Below, piece after piece: positions 1 to 14,521 of a stretch of 64,000 bases of DNA (the first letter of the stretch is position 1; each line of letters begins with the position of its first letter). The DNA comes from Squalus acanthias. Its lineage: Eukaryota. A model generated the notes under the pieces. That model did not search any database. It was given only the letters and a program-made list of their open reading frames with translations, and was not told the origin of the DNA. The translations under genes were made by a program, and so were the position numbers. The stretch spans positions 52,452,001-52,516,000 of the forward strand of contig CM059439.1 of assembly GCA_030390025.1 (NCBI GenBank), written 5' to 3'.

Positions 1-445
1 CAGAACTGAAGTGTGCAACTATCTGGAAAGACTGAACGGGCTGGGGCTCTTTGCTCTAGACAAGAGAAGACTGAGAAGTGGCCTGATAGAGTTCTTTAAA
101 ATTATAAAGGGATTTGATAGCGTAAACGTAGAGAAGATATTTCCACTTGCAGGAATCCAAAATTAGGGGCCGTAAATATAAAATAGTTGCCAATAAATCT
201 AATAAGGAATTCAGGAGAAACCTCCACTTGGAGAGTGGTGAGAATGTGGAACTCGCTACCACATGGAATGGTTGAGTGAGGCAAATAGCATAGATGCCTT
301 TAAGGGGAAGCTAGATAAGTACATGAGGGAGAAAGGAATAGGAGGATATGTTGCTAGCATGAGATGTATAAAGGTGGGCGAAGACTTGTGTGAAGCATAA
401 ACACTGGCATAGATCTGCTGGCTTGTTTCTGTGCCGTAAAATTCT
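1..445 (+). mobile_element. CR1-type LINE 3' fragment
   Basis: Degenerate RT C-terminus (RRLR.DLIE.FKI.KGFD.V...FP, WNSLP) and CR1-like 3' tail. Confidence 0.8.
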
Positions 446-3049
446 ATGCAAGAACCCTTTTGCCCAAACTCTCTGCATTCCCTTTTACAGATACTAACTT
501 CAAAGATCACTGCAGGAAAAGTACTCAAATCTCAATAGCTCCGCTGGAGTGCAATGTACATGTATATAACACTAAACATTTGGGTTAGTTTGAGGGTTGA
601 AAGTACAGATGTTTTATACGCAAGTCATCTGACTGTATGCCTCTCATGCTGGCCTGGTCATGCACTTCTATCCAATCTGTCTCAAGCCACTGGCCTCCCG
701 CTCCCTGTCTGTTGCACAGCAGTGGCATCGCATAGAATACTCAAGTTGAAGTGAAATAAAATGAGCCATGGGGATTTTGAGTCAGTGTTTTGCTTAGTCA
801 TGCATTTTCTGCCCCAGGTTGTTTTTGGCTGAATTTAGGGAAGAGGGACATCTTGTATATAGATTGTCTTGTGCTCAATTATGTCCAGCAAGTTCCACAA
901 AACAAATTGAATTTACATCCAGGTATGACAGATAATATTAAGTGTAGAACTTGGAAAAATTGCATTTTCAGAACACCCCATTTAATGAAATAAATAAAAT
1001 TGGTTTCATTGTATCCTTGGCGAAAGATATTTGCTTTAGGGCCAAGGCTAGCAATTGCTTTAGATTTGAGTAGTGGGGTTGATTTATACGTAAATGTAGT
1101 CTACCCTATTCCTGCTTCAAGATCCTTTTCACTCGGGGTAGTGTTGCTGGTCAGATTCATCTGGGAAATGTGCTGTACTAACCAGCTGAATGATGCACTA
1201 ATCAATGAGGTGTTAGTGGATGCCCCCAGTACGGTATGGCCTTGCACGACATCTGTTCCTATTAATTCATATCTGTACCTGGAAGGCCTGGTGGCTGTCC
1301 AACTTGAGCCCAGACACATTCTGAGGACTACACAGAATGGGTGAATGTGATTTAGTCTTAAATCACAACGGAGTCCCCATGTAAGTTAAGCTTGTGACGC
1401 GCAAGATCGGTCCAAACATTGTTCCTTTGTAGTTCAGAACTGGACATGCAATGGAGTGGCCAATAACTAATCTGGACTCTTTGTTGCTGAAAAGAGGAGC
1501 AGTTGCAGAGATGGAGGGCTTTGCCTACATTGACCTGTTACTGAATAGCCTGGAAGGTAAATAATTTTTTGTTAACTATAAATAAGGGAAATCTGAAACA
1601 GAAATAAAATGTTGGAGGTAGACAGTAGATCAATCAGCATCTGTGAAAAGAACAGCTTTGGGCCCGGCCCTTCAGAACAAATGGTGCCAGCTGTGGCAGG
1701 CAAGCCTCTTTGCTAAAGTCCCTCATGAGGATGTGTGGATTAAGTAGCTGGTAATGAGTAAGCTTAGCACGCTGCATTGGATTTGGTTATCAAGAACATC
1801 AATGTGGCTGGCACAACATCTGCCTTTTAGGTCTTTTCATGACTTTGTAAGTGGGTATCTACCATCGAACTGATAAGGAAACTCTTGAGACTGAGACCAC
1901 AGCTGTTGGAAGGTGTTACCTGGAGGACGGGAGGTGTTCATATATCCTGGTCCTACTGCCTACTAGTTTTATATATGGAAACTGAGGAGATGTGGAGCCT
2001 CTTCAATAGTACTTCAGTGTGGCTGGAATGAAGATTTGGTAATGCTAGTGCCCGGTTCTGTTTTAGACTTTGACCTGCAGCAAATTTCAACACCACTGAT
2101 CTTCAGTGGGATTGTACCTTATAGTAGCACATTACTTTGTTTACATGACTTCAGCTGCAGTCAGCAGACTGCTCTCGTAACAGTAACCTGCAGTATAAAA
2201 TTAGCTCTGATCATGTGAATGTTACTGTGTAAATATTGTGCTTGAGGATGTCTGTTTAGAAACATTTGGTTGCTGCTAAGTACAATGTATCCTCTGGTCT
2301 TCGTAGATTAGGTTTAAATTTGAAACTGCTCTCTGGTGTGTCGACACTTTTTATATTGAGGCTGTAGTCAATACTATAGGTTATATGCTTTTGAAAGTGT
2401 AGAGTACAGCAAGGAGTTTTGTCTAAATTACGATGCAAGTAGGAATACTTTTATTAGAATGAGCGTTGACAGTTTGTCATTCTCAAAAAAAATGGAGCCG
2501 TATAACCAGTGCTCCATAAATTAAATTATGTGATGGGAAAGCCAGTGAAATTTCTGGACCGTTTTACAATTAGACTGGCTGAGTACTCAACCAAAATTCA
2601 GAAAGTAGTTTGCACAGTTCTTGGAGTTGAGACTTTGTCTTCACACCATGAGGACACCCTTCATTGTGTAGTGTGGCACTACCGCAATGTGCAGGTGTAA
2701 TTTTATGAAAGTGATGAGACTTTTTTTTATTTGTTGGGATATGGGCCATACTGGCAAGACCACATTTATTGTCCATTGCTAGTTGTCCTGAGCAGTTTGT
2801 GGAACTTGAACTACTGAAATCCTGATGATGTGTTCCCAACAATATGTCCCAAGTCAGGGTGGTTTGTGACATGGAGGTGATGGTACCCCCACGACATTGC
2901 TGCTTTTGTCCTCTGGTAGCGGTGACAGGGAAGGGAGGTGCTGTTGAAGTACCATGAGTTGCTGCCGTAGTCAGCAAAGACTGGTATATTGCGAGGTGGA
3001 TCCACTATTGGATTATAATATTGGGCTAGCAACTTGGAGGGCATGCATT

Positions 3050-4095
3050 CAAATGGCAAGTTGTGAAACTGAATTCAACAAATCTGGTGAATTGTGGGCT
3101 CACACCAGAAAACTAACCATGAAGGCTTCCAGATTGTAAAAACCCAACTGGTTCAATAGTGGTCTTCAGGAAAGGGAGCCTGCCAACCCTACCAAATCTG
3201 GCCTACTTGTGGCACGAGTTCTACACTGGTTGACTCTTGAAGACCTTCGAAGTAACAATCCACCCAGTTGGAAACTGTGTTCAATGAGATTGGATAGGCC
3301 TAACTAACAATCCAGGCATTGCATCCTATCAGAATGAGACTATAATAGTCAGCTCTGCAAAATCCTTGCCAGCATCTGGGGCTGGTGCCCAAGTTGGAAG
3401 AGCTGTCTCTCAGACTAGTCAAGCAACACCTTGACATAGCTGTGGTCACAGAATTGCATCTATAAGCCAACATCTGAGATTCCCGTCGCCACCCCTGGGT
3501 ATGATCCACCGGCAGCATCAACCCACTAAAGGTGAGGGCACAGTGACACTGACATCTATCTGATGTGGAAATTTTCCCGGGTATGTCCTATCCACAAAGA
3601 GGATAAATAATCAATTACCACCTTATCGGCCTCCTTCCAATCATCAGTAAAGTGATGGAAGGAGCCATTGATGGCGACACCTCAACAATAAATTGATTAC
3701 CACATACTTCGGGTTCCGCAACAGCATTTGGCTCCAGACCTCATCACAAGCCTTGTTGCAGACATGGACACGAGCTGAACACCAGAAGAGAGGTGATAGT
3801 AGCTGTCCTCAACGTCAAAGCAGCTTTTGACCAAAGAGCCTTCGCAAAACTGAAGTTAATGGGGGTCAGAGGGAAAACCCTCCAGTGGTTGGAGTCCTAC
3901 ATCATGCAAAGGAAGATGATTGACATCTGCCAACCGCAATCATCACTGCTGGAGCTTCTCAGGGAAGTGGACTCTGACTAGTCATCTTCAGCTGCTTTCA
4001 TCAATGACCTTACCTCTGCCGGATGGTCAGGGGAGGGGCTGTTTGACGATTCCACAATTTCCAGCTTCATTCACAACTCCTCCAATAATGAAGCT
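3050..4095 (+). mobile_element. Decayed CR1-group LINE (5'UTR, APE endonuclease and RT remnants)
   Basis: LVKQHLDIAVVTE (APE), IISKVME, VKAAFD...KLKLMGVRGKTLQWLESY (RT); multiple stops and frameshifts. Confidence 0.7.
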
Positions 4096-4846
4096 GCACA
4101 TATCGAACCTGGTTAGCATCAGGTGAGATCTTTCATCAGAAACAGTAAAGTGATGTGTTTTGGATAAGAAAGTAAATTTAGCATCCTGTATCAAGGTTAA
4201 GCAAATAATATTAAAATGTTCCACTAACGTGCAGTTCTATTAGCATGATGATGAGTTGTCTTTACACTAGTGAATATGCTTAACAAGCAGTTTCTTTATA
4301 TAGTTGGAATTCAGGATGTACTTTGAGCCTCTGGAAATTAATAGCGATTACTCCAGTTTCACCTTTTGAGCTTCTGTGCATTTTATGCCTGTTGTTGTGC
4401 ATGTCTTGGTGTACTGCATCAGTGCAGAGTTTGGTGTCTCTCAACCAGGGACATGGCATATTACGTAACTAGCACTGTGCATCAGCTGAAGTGTAGTTGC
4501 AGCGCCCTCTGTCCTCCAATGGTTTGAAAAAAGAGCTCCTTTCAATTATTAAAAGTTTCAACAGCAGTTGGCTGTTTAATCACCATTATGTGCTTAGATC
4601 TCAGTATTTTAGGAGATACTTGGTAATGTAACTGGCTCCTTATTTCTATCACTGGAAACAAGGAAAAATACTCGTGCATGTGCATTGTGTCCGGCACAGA
4701 CACTATAAGCTGAATGGCCTCCTTCTGTGCCATAAACTTCCATGATTTATAATTAAGGCAAAAGATTTAGTTGACTCCATAGAATCGGAGAGAATGAATT
4801 CTGTTCAGAATCTTAGAAATTTCAGCACAGAAGGAGGCCATTGTCT

Positions 4847-5555
4847 GTCAGCCGTGACTCAGTTGGTAGTACCTTTGCCTCTCAGTCAGAAGGTTGTGGG
4901 TTCAAGTCCCACTCCAGAGGCTTGAGCACAAAAATCTCAGCTGACACTCCAGTCCAGTACTCCGCTGCACTGTCGGAGGTGCTGCCTTTCGATGAGACGT
5001 TGAACCGTGGCTCCATCTCCCCTCTTAATTCCATTTCCCTGAACCCTCTTAACAATTTACATCATGCTTTTCTAATTCTCTCTTTAAATGTTGAATGATT
5101 TGGCTTCAATAGGCACATGCTGATGCATTCTATACTCTAATAATCTGTTGCATGAAAATCTCCCTTTATGCTTCTAGGACTAGTACTATTTAGTGCAGCG
5201 CTGAGCGAGCGCTGCACTGTCGGGAGGTGCCGTCTATCGGATGAGACGTTAAACCGAGGCCGCATCTGCTCTCGGGTGGACGTAAAAGATCCTATGGCAC
5301 TGTATCAAAGAAGGGCAGGGGAGTTATCCCCGGTGTCCTGGCCAATATTTATCCCTCCGTCAACAGTTACTAAAAGAAAGCAGATTATCTGGTCATTATC
5401 ACATTGCTGTGGGAGCTTGCTGTGTGCAAATTGGCTGCCACGTTTCCTACATTACAACAGTGACTACACTTCAAAAGGTACCTCATTGGCTGTAAAGCGC
5501 TTTGGGATGTCCTGAGGTCATGAACGGCACTATATAAATGCAAGTCTTTTTTTCT
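4847..5555 (+). mobile_element. tRNA-headed DeuSINE (SacSINE1-like), two pieces
   Basis: Box A/B head (gactcagttggtag...ggttcaagtccc), Deu core (gatgagacgttaaaccgagg...aaagatcctatggcac) and tail ctatataaatgcaagtctttt, interleaved with an antisense CR1 remnant. Confidence 0.75.
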
Positions 5556-7565
5556 TTTATTCATAGATTTAAACCCCCGTACCATCGATTCAGTGATCAC
5601 CAGAAATCATCTTTCACCATTATTCTCTCTCAAAACCGTTAAAGTTTTAAATGCTTCTATTGAATCTCTGCCACCCTAATTAACCTCTGCCTATGTTTTT
5701 CCACATCTTATCATACCTATATCTTATCCCTAACATCTGTGAATCCATGCTTCACCTTTTCAATGGCCATTATTCTTTCTATAATAGGATTCTGAATTTC
5801 GTACTCTACTGTTAAATGTGACTTCTTCTACATGAGTCTTTTAGCTTTCCCTAACCAACCATTGTTGTTCAAAGCCCCTAAATATAAAATGCAGCACTTC
5901 ATTTGCCCATGTGAATTTTACCTGCAGTCCTGCTTTTCAAGATTTGTGTATTTGCAGCCGAGGATCTCTTCCTCCTATTTCATTTGAGAATTTGTTTAGG
6001 AAAAGAAGAATTTGCATTTATATAGCGCATTGTAGCGTTTGGGGTGTCGTACAATATTTCATATGCAGTAAATTGTTCGAAGTGGAGTCACATTTGCTAT
6101 GTTAGTCAACTTGAGTATTTTGCATACAGCAAGATGTCACAAACCACAATGAGCTGAATGACCAATAGAAGGAGAAATGTTGTCCAAGAGAACTAACGTC
6201 CACCTGAATCAGGTGGATTGTTATTGGTTAATATCTCCTCCAAAGGAGGATCACTCCAACAGTACAGCACTGCATTGAAAGGACAAATAAGATCTTGTTC
6301 GTGGGGCTTGAACATGCAACCTTCTAACTCTCGAGAGTATATTACCTTCTGGTTTTGCTAAAATATGCTACTTCCCTTTTATCTACATTGATCTGCATTT
6401 TGTCATATAGCTGGCTGCTCCCTTAACTTGACAGTCTTGTTGTTTCCCTCATTCTTCAAGTTTGCCATGCCCCTAATTTGGTATTGTCAGCAAATTGACA
6501 TAGTACTTTATGCAATGTTTTCTATTGCATCAATAAGTGAGTTAGGCTATGCGTGAAAGCTCTGGTAGTTGAACATTGTGGAAACTGGCCTGTAAATGGT
6601 ATTTGTCTTATGGCAGAGGATTGGGCCAAGAAATGGTTTGTGCTGAAACTACTCTACAGCCATTGGATGCCAACCAAAATTATTATTTAAAGTAGACATG
6701 TAGACAGTGATTCTAAAACTGTATGTGCCTCACTGGGCACTGATATTAGAAAATGCCACTCCCACTGAAAAAGGTGGTTGGTGGAGGGGTATTTATATTT
6801 GAGCTTAGTTTAGCAAGGCAAAACTGAAGTGCCATGTAGCTGCAATACTGAGAGAATTTTATTAGCAATGCTTATTTAACTGTTTTTAATTGTATGAAAA
6901 TAAATCTTAATTTTCCATTTGAAATTGTAAATTGGTTTACGGTGCCCTCATGATCTCATGTTTGAAATTGACTGTGCCATCTAAAATGGATATTTTAAGT
7001 TAAGATGTATATCTTTTGAGTACTGCATATACACCCGGCAAGTGTTGTATTTGCTTCCTTTAGCAAATTCTGTCACACCTAACTGTCACATTTAAACTAA
7101 TCTATTAATGTTATTTACCTCTGATTTGCATTTCCAAGGTAGGTTGTGCTGTTGCCTAAAATTACCTGCTGCAGCTCCCTCGACCCAACTTTGAGCCACA
7201 AGGACCTAACCCCACAAATGCTGTTCCCATGGACCAGTTTGAAGTTCTTTGTCGTTTTCAGTCCTTTTAAAAAATGTGCTAAGCACTTAAAAACCAGTTC
7301 AAAGTAATGACTGGCGATGTGGTTCTTATGGGTGAAAGTGGGATTCTTAAAGGTTTCCCCAGTAGTGACCTGGGAAGCCTGCATTTAGAATAGATACTGC
7401 TGAGTATGTGTATTTTAATATATAATTCCTCAGTTCAATGCTGGAGAAACCCTTTTCTCTCTCATCCCCACTCCTGCCCCAAGCACCTTGTTCCCTGCTT
7501 GCCACTCAACAGCTTCTTGCCATTCCCAATCCTTACTACTTCTCGCTGCATTTAGTACTTAAGTG

Positions 7566-8025
7566 TCCGCTGTGGCTCAGTGGGTAGCACACTCGCCTCT
7601 GAGTGAGAAGGTTGTGGGTTCAAGTCCCACTCCAGGGACTTGAGCACATGAAGCTAGGCTGACACTCCAGTGCAGTGCCGAGGGAGTGCTGCACTGTCGG
7701 AGAGACTGTCTTTCGGATGAGACGTTAAACCGAGGACCCCGACTGCTCTCAGGTGGACGTAAAAGATCCCATGGCACTATTTCGAAGAAGAGCAGGGGAA
7801 TGATCCCCGGTGCCCTGGCCAATATTTATCCCTCAGATTATCCAAACAGATTATCTGGTCATCACATTGCTGTTTGTGGGAGCTTGCTGTGTGCAAATTG
7901 GCTGCCGCGTATCCCACATTACAACAGTGACTACACTTCAAAAGTACTTCATTGGGCTGTAAAGTGCTTTGAGACGTCCGGTGGTCGTGACGGGCGCTAT
8001 ATAAATGCAAGTCTTTCTTTTCTTT
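7566..8025 (+). mobile_element. Full-length DeuSINE (SacSINE1-like)
   Basis: tggctcagtgg box A, ggttcaagtcc box B, Deu domain, L2-like tail ending atataaatgcaagtctttctttt. Other copies or pieces near 6005-6335(-), 18210-18320(-), 25205-25475(+), 33900-34045(+), 38033-38290(+), 39513-39640(-), 59400-59505(-). Confidence 0.85.
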
Positions 8026-8827
8026 TGATCTCCACTGCTGCCGGTTCAAGAATGTTTCTATCCGCAGCACCCTGCCACTTTCCCACTGTTGACATTGACC
8101 AGGATCTCCCTCCCAGTACTTCCACATAAAGCAACTCGCTCCTTCCGAAAGTACTCTCTCCCTCACCATTATCTCCATGCTACCACATCTAAAGTTCAGC
8201 CTCCCAGCACTGCCATGCCTTTCACTCACACAACTGCCGCTATACCTTGAGACCTCTCTCACATCTTGGAACTCTTTTTTTTGACTCCTCCCCTCAGCTC
8301 AGTGGTAGCACACTTGCCTCTGAGACAGAAGGTTATGGGTTAAAGTCCCTGGCCAACATTTATCACTCAACCAACACCACTAAAAACATTGCCAATGAAG
8401 ACAACTTTTGGAAATCCATATGCAATTGGTCTTAACCAGTCAACAATAACTTGCATTATATAGCGCCTTTAATGTAGTATAAACATCCCAAGATGCTTTT
8501 CTAAGAACTGACATGACCCTGATTTATAACCATATTTGGTTGGTAGCTAAGCCATACTAGTACTAAGTCAGGAGCTAACCAGGACATTACAGATTTGTGT
8601 ATTGTGCGGATTTGAATTGACACAACACCGCTTTAGGCGTCTGGTACTTAAACATTTGTCGAAAGTCAATATCCTGTTTTGTTAAACCCGACCGTTAAAA
8701 AAATTCCTCTGTTACAAAACTGCCCCCCTCCCCCGTCCTCCTTCCCTCCCCAGTTTTTGCAGGGGTGCGGAGCAAGGCATAGGATGAGGAGGACAGGGAC
8801 AGACCAGCAAACTGTCATTGGGGATGG

Positions 8828-9790
8828 AACAACAACAACTTGTATTTATATAGCGCCTTTAACATAGTAAAATGTCCTACGGTACTTAACAGGAGCGTTG
8901 TAAAACAAAATTTGATACCGAGCCACGTAGATATATTAGGGCAGATGAGAGGTAGGTTTTAAGGAGCGCCTTAAAGGAGGAAAGAGGTGGAGAGGTTTAG
9001 GGAGGGAATTCCAGAGATTAGAGCCCTGGCAGCTGAAGGTACAGCCACCAATAGTTGAGCGATTAAAATTGGGGATGCTCAAGAGGCCAGGAGGAGCTCA
9101 GATATCTCGGAGGGTTGTGAGGCTGGAGGAGATTAGAGATAGGGAGGGGTGAGGCCATGGAGGGATTTGAAAGCAAGGATGAGAATTTGAAAAATAGAGG
9201 AGTTGCTTAACTGCGAGCCAATGTAGGTCAGTGAACTATTGTAGGGGGGATGAAAATGCAGCTGGTGGTCCAAGGTGAAGGACTCTCTTTTTGAGGGTGG
9301 GAATAAGGGATGAAAAGTGTTTGGAGAGGAAGGGTTTCCAGGTTGGAAAGTCAGTTGGGGGTGGGTGGAGAATACGACATGGAGCAGGATGATAAACTCT
9401 TGGTGGGTGGTGCAGGGGGAATTTGACAAGTGGGGTGACAGTTCTGGGTTGGAGAACTTGTACATCTTACATGGAAGATTATTACATGGAAGTGAGGAAT
9501 CTGACCTTCAGGGGCGATCAGAAAAGTTAAAGGGTCAGTTGCATCAATGGGTGAGAGGGTAGAGAGATCGGGTATGGTGCGGGAACCTTTGCTTTGGGAC
9601 TGGCATGTTGCAGAAAGTAAACAAAGCACGGAGGGACCTGGGCAGCCTATGAAGAAGAAGCCAGTAATTTGGCAAAGTAGGAGCTTGAGTTTGACCAGGT
9701 CAGGCAAGGTTAAAGGAAGCAGGAAATCTGGGGAGGCAGACTTCAGACAAGGTGGCCAAGTGAGTTTGAGGGAGCCGGACAGTGTAAACA
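8828..9790 (-). mobile_element. L2-clade LINE 3' fragment
   Basis: FQILILAFKSLHGLTPPYL is the typical L2 RT C-terminus; tail gcgctatataaatacaagttgttgttg is shared with the DeuSINE tail. Confidence 0.8.
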
Positions 9791-10529
9791 AAACCATTGG
9801 GTCAAAAAAATACATTAAAATAATTTTAGTTAGAATAAATAGGTAATTACATGTAGTATTCTTAAAACATGCATTGTAGCCTTCAATTGCTACAGACACA
9901 CCTGCTGGCCAGGGTGTGTAACTGCATGAACAGTGACCAGTAAAAAGAATCAGCTTAGTTTTTGCACCAATAGTACCTGATATTTAATACCTCATCATAG
10001 TGCCGTACTGCACCCAAATGTTGACTCTTAAGATGCATTCTCAGGAGTACAGGAGTTTTCAATGCACTTGTCATTTAAAAAAAAATCTACTGTGTGTGTA
10101 TATACCAATTATTTGCTGCAGGTTTTTCATTTCTCTGAGCCAAGCAGCTGCACTTCAGAGAAACTGCCAACAGCAGGTTACTTTCTAATTGACGTCAGTG
10201 TGTCCCGATTAAGACCACTTTCCTACAGTTATTAGGGTTAGATTTAGCATATTAACATTACAACTCTGCAGACCCTAGACTACCCAAGAACCACATCATG
10301 GGAGATGATAGTATAGTCTAATTATAGCAAAGGTTGGCTTATGTTGTCCTAGAAATTATTTTGGACCTTTAATCTAGCAATTAATTTGTTCAGATGCTTA
10401 ATTATGGTTTTAGGGTTAGTTGGTGTGATGCATATAAGATGGTGGTGACAATCATTGTGGGCTGTATATGTAGCATGGGATAGTACATTCCAGTATTATG
10501 CTGTCTAATTTATTGTTTTAACACAGTAG

Positions 10530-10667
10530 GCCTCTTGATCGTGAAAGACCACTGCGTGGACGTGGAGGTGGAAGAGGACGCGGCCGTGGTCGTGGTCTCG
10601 GAAGGAGTGATGGTTTTGACTCCCGTGGAAAACGTGAATTTGACAGGCACAGTGGAAGCGACCGATC
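10530..10667 (+). CDS. SERBP1: SERBP1 internal exon (human exon 3 equivalent), RG-rich region and start of HABP4/PAI-RBP1 domain
   Basis: Translates (R)[46 protein letters not shown]; the [18 protein letters not shown] motif is diagnostic. Acceptor CAGTAG (alternative start 10527), donor TC|GTAAGT. Confidence 0.96.
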
Positions 10668-11045
10668 GTAAGTTGATATAACAATTAACTATTGTAATAT
10701 AAAATTCTTACACTTGTTTGCTTTGTTAACCAAAAATACTAAACTTAAATTATAATCCTGACAGCAAGCAAAGTGATAAATGTAAAATCTCATACTTGCA
10801 GTAACTTGCCAATTCAAATAAACATGAATTGTTTGTAACTTTTTAATTTAAGTACTGAGTTTTGAACTAACAGAATAAAGCGTCTGCTGAAGATATAATG
10901 TTAATTTAAGATAATTTAATATCTAATTTAGAAGAAAGTAGCTTGTATTTAATGCCAGTGCAGTGAATTGATTGAAAGTACTAATATATTACAGGGTGCC
11001 TATACTTGTAGAAATGCTATTAAGTTTGAGGTTTTTTTAAATTGA

Positions 11046-11183
<138 letters not shown>

Positions 11184-11283
11184 TAATGTGGTTTCCTTTT
11201 TGTTCAATTTCAAATGTAATTTCCTTTTTGGCTCTGAAGACTGCCTGTGTAAACTTTTATTTTTCCTCATCCAACCATTATAG

Positions 11284-11358
11284 TGAACTTGATCAATCGG
11301 CTGTTACTGAAGAGGCGCCTGAGGGAGAAGAGCAACAAGTAGTTGACTCTGAGAACAA
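11284..11358 (+). CDS. SERBP1: SERBP1 exon (exon 5 equivalent)
   Basis: ELDQSAVTEEAPEGEEQQVVDSENK; acceptor tatAG, donor AA|GTGAGT. Confidence 0.95.
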
Positions 11359-11789
11359 GTGAGTTTTTAGAACTGACGCAACTATATCCATTTAAAAATC
11401 TTAATCTAACAAACTTCTCACTTGTTACAGTAATCTCAGGGATAAGTAGAAATCTCAGAATTGCCAAAACCTGGTAGAATGTAATCATACAGGAATCTTT
11501 CTGTAGTAAGGTCCAGTATATAGTCTGTAGAACTGAATACTTAACTTTAGCCTTGCATGTATATTGCATTGGTTCTATAATTCAACGTCATTGTCTTGTA
11601 AATCGGAAATGATCGTGCAAACTGTTTGAGCTCGAGGCTGGAAAAATTTACTAAATTTAACTTGTGAATTGATTTTAATGAAAATTAATTATCCAGAATA
11701 ATTCATTACTGAGATTGGGTCACTGGAAATTCCCCACCTCCTCCCCGATAGGAAAGATGAAAGAAAAACAGATCAGATGGAGGAGGAAG

Positions 11790-14190
11790 GAAAGTGAGGA
11801 AGATTGTGAAACAGGAGGTTTGTGTTGAATGCATGTAAATGCCCTAAGTATCATGAATAAAATTGGTGAACTAGATGCACAAATTGCTATGACCGGGTAT
11901 GATGTAATACCATTGATGGAGGAGTGGCTTAGACTATACTTGACTGCTGAGGAAAGGAAATCGAGGAAGAGATGTAGACATATTGGAGAAAAATGCAAGA
12001 ACAATAAGGTCATATTAATGGGTGACTTTAATTGTCCAGCGACAGACCATGTGTAGAATGGGCCTATACTCTCGAGTTTAGAAGAATGAGAGGTGATCTC
12101 ATACAAGATTCTGAAGGGGATTGACAGGGTAGATGCTAAGAGGTTGTTTCCGCTGGCTGGAGTGTCTAGAACTAGGGGGCATAGTCTCAGGATAAGGGGT
12201 CGGCCATTTAAGACTCAGATGAGGAGGAATTTCTTCACTCAGCAGGTTGTGAATCTTTGGAATTCTCTGCCCCAGAGGGCTGTGGATGCTGAGTCTTTGA
12301 GTATATTCAAGGCTGAGATAGATAGATATTTGGACTCCTGGGGAATCAAGGGATATGGAGATCGGGCGGGAAAGTGGAGTTGAGGTCGATGATCAGCCAT
12401 GATATTGAATGGCGGAGCAGGCTTGAGGGGCCGTATGGCCTACTCCTCCTATTTCTTATGTTCTTATGTAGACCAGTAGATGTAAGTGGCAAAGTGGAGG
12501 ATTGGTTTCTACAATATGCTCAAGACTGCTTTTTTGGATGAATGCTTTTAGTCAAACAGAAAAGATGCGTTGTTAGAACTAGTTCTAGGGAGTTAAGTGA
12601 GGCAAGTAGGCTGTGTAAGGACATCTAAGAAACAAAGACCATAACACAATTGGATCCAATAAAAAAAATTTGAGAGGGAGAAGGAATAGCCAAATGATAA
12701 AGGTACTCAACTGGAAGCAAGCCAAATTTCAATTAGATGAAAAGGAACTAGTGGAAATGAAGGGGTACAAAAAGTGGGCCGATTACATTGAATAACTATA
12801 AAGAATTGCTGAAAAAAGTTGCTGGAACTCGGGAAAATGCACCAGGTCCTGATGGCATGCATCTTGGAATACCAAAGGAAGTCAGAATGGAAATAGCAAA
12901 AACTCTCAACAATCTTTCAAACATCCTTAAATATGGAAATTGTACCAGAGGACTGGAGGGATGCCAATATAATACCTCTGTTCAAAAAGGGAGAAAGATA
13001 AACCAGATAACCATGGATCAGTCAGCCTAATAGGTAAGCTTCTAGAGGCCTATTGATACTCTTCTAGAAAGATGAGTTAATTAAGGATAGCCCGTATGGA
13101 TTTATAAAAGGGAAGTTATTGAGGATACAGTGGAGTGCATTGACAAAATAAATGTGCATATGAATTTTCAGAATGCATTTGATCAGGTGCTGCAGAGGAC
13201 TCTTGTTTGAGATTCAGGCTCATGGCATTAGAGGGAATGTGGCAGCATGGATAGGAAGTTGGTCAAAGAACCAGCAGCAGTGGTTAATGGATCTTCAGAA
13301 TGGAGGGATGTAAATAGTGGTGTCTTCCACCTGTCAGTGTTGAAACCACGGCATTTCTCTACATGTATATGGAATTTAAACTTCGGCATAGGAGCACAGG
13401 ATCAAAATCTGTAAGTGACACAAATGGGGAGTGTAGTTAATTGTGAAGAGGACTGGAAGTGGCTTAACAGGACACAAGACAAATTAGTAGATTGGTCAGA
13501 AAGATGTTGGATGACATTTAGTATGGAAAATGTGGTGATACATTTTGGGAGGAAGACTGAAGGTTCATACAATAAATTATCAAACTTCAAAAAGAGTAGA
13601 GACTTTTGTGGGTTTAGTTACATAAATCCCTAAAAGTGAGTGCAAATTGATAAAGTTGTTTTTAAAAATTTTTTTAAACGTGGCTTTATGAATAGAGTTT
13701 GAGAGAAAAACCTGAGGTAGCGCTAAACAAATACAAATAATTGGTTAGGCTGCAGTTAGAAATTGTGTGCGAGTTTCTTTCTTTGGAATGGCTGTCAAGG
13801 CCTGGGAGAGGGTGCAGAAGAGGTTGGCAATGATTCCAGGGTTAAGAGGCTTTAGTTAATGAGAAGAGGTTAGAGATTCTGGGATCTTTTCATTAGAACA
13901 GGTGTTCAGAATAGAGAGGTTTTGATAAAGTAAATTAGGAAGAACTATTTCCACTGATCAGTGAGTCAGTAACTGGAGGGCATACATTTAAGATCATGAA
14001 GGGAGATGTTAGGAGAATTTTTGCACAGAGGGTTGAAATGCTGAACCAAAAGCGGTAGTGGAAACCGAATCCATAAAGTTTTAAAAGTGGATAAATATAT
14101 GAAAAAGTAAATTTTAGTAGGGAATGGGACTAAGTGGGGAAGCAGCATAGGTGTGATTTGGCAAATGGGCTCCTATTGTGCTGTAAAATT
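11790..14190 (+). mobile_element. Old CR1 LINE with a nested younger CR1 3' fragment (about 12055-12468)
   Basis: APE remnants (NALSIMNKIGEL, ILMGDFN), RT remnants (APGPDGMH); the nested piece has intact RRNFFTQQVVNLWNSLP and a (TTCTTATG)2 terminus. Confidence 0.85.
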
Positions 14191-14521
14191 GTGATTCTTT
14201 AAGGGGCTAATGCGTTTTTTTCTCGTTCATTTAAAGCATTTGCAGGATAAGATGAGTTATCGTAAACATGAAATGTTCTCATTTTAAAATACAATGAAGT
14301 ACCGAGACCACGCTTGGTTGCTTAAAATGTCTAATTTGTGGAAATGCAAATATTTAAAGAATGAGGAGCTACAGGCTAGTCATGGTTAATGGAATATGTT
14401 TTCAAGATGTCTGTACTCAAGAAAAGGTCTATGCAAGCTGGTCACTGTTGAGAAAATTTACAGATCTATTTCATGTTCAGTGGTTGCATCCTGTACCTAA
14501 TACTTGCCTGTCTTATCACAG

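Noticed and set aside
7566-7640. tRNA-like sequence
   Set aside because: It is the Pol III head of a multi-copy SINE and continues into the Deu domain; no complete cloverleaf.
11240-11283. Equivalent of the recalled human 45-nt alternative acceptor extension of SERBP1 exon 5
   Set aside because: The nearest upstream AG gives 44 nt with an in-frame TAA.
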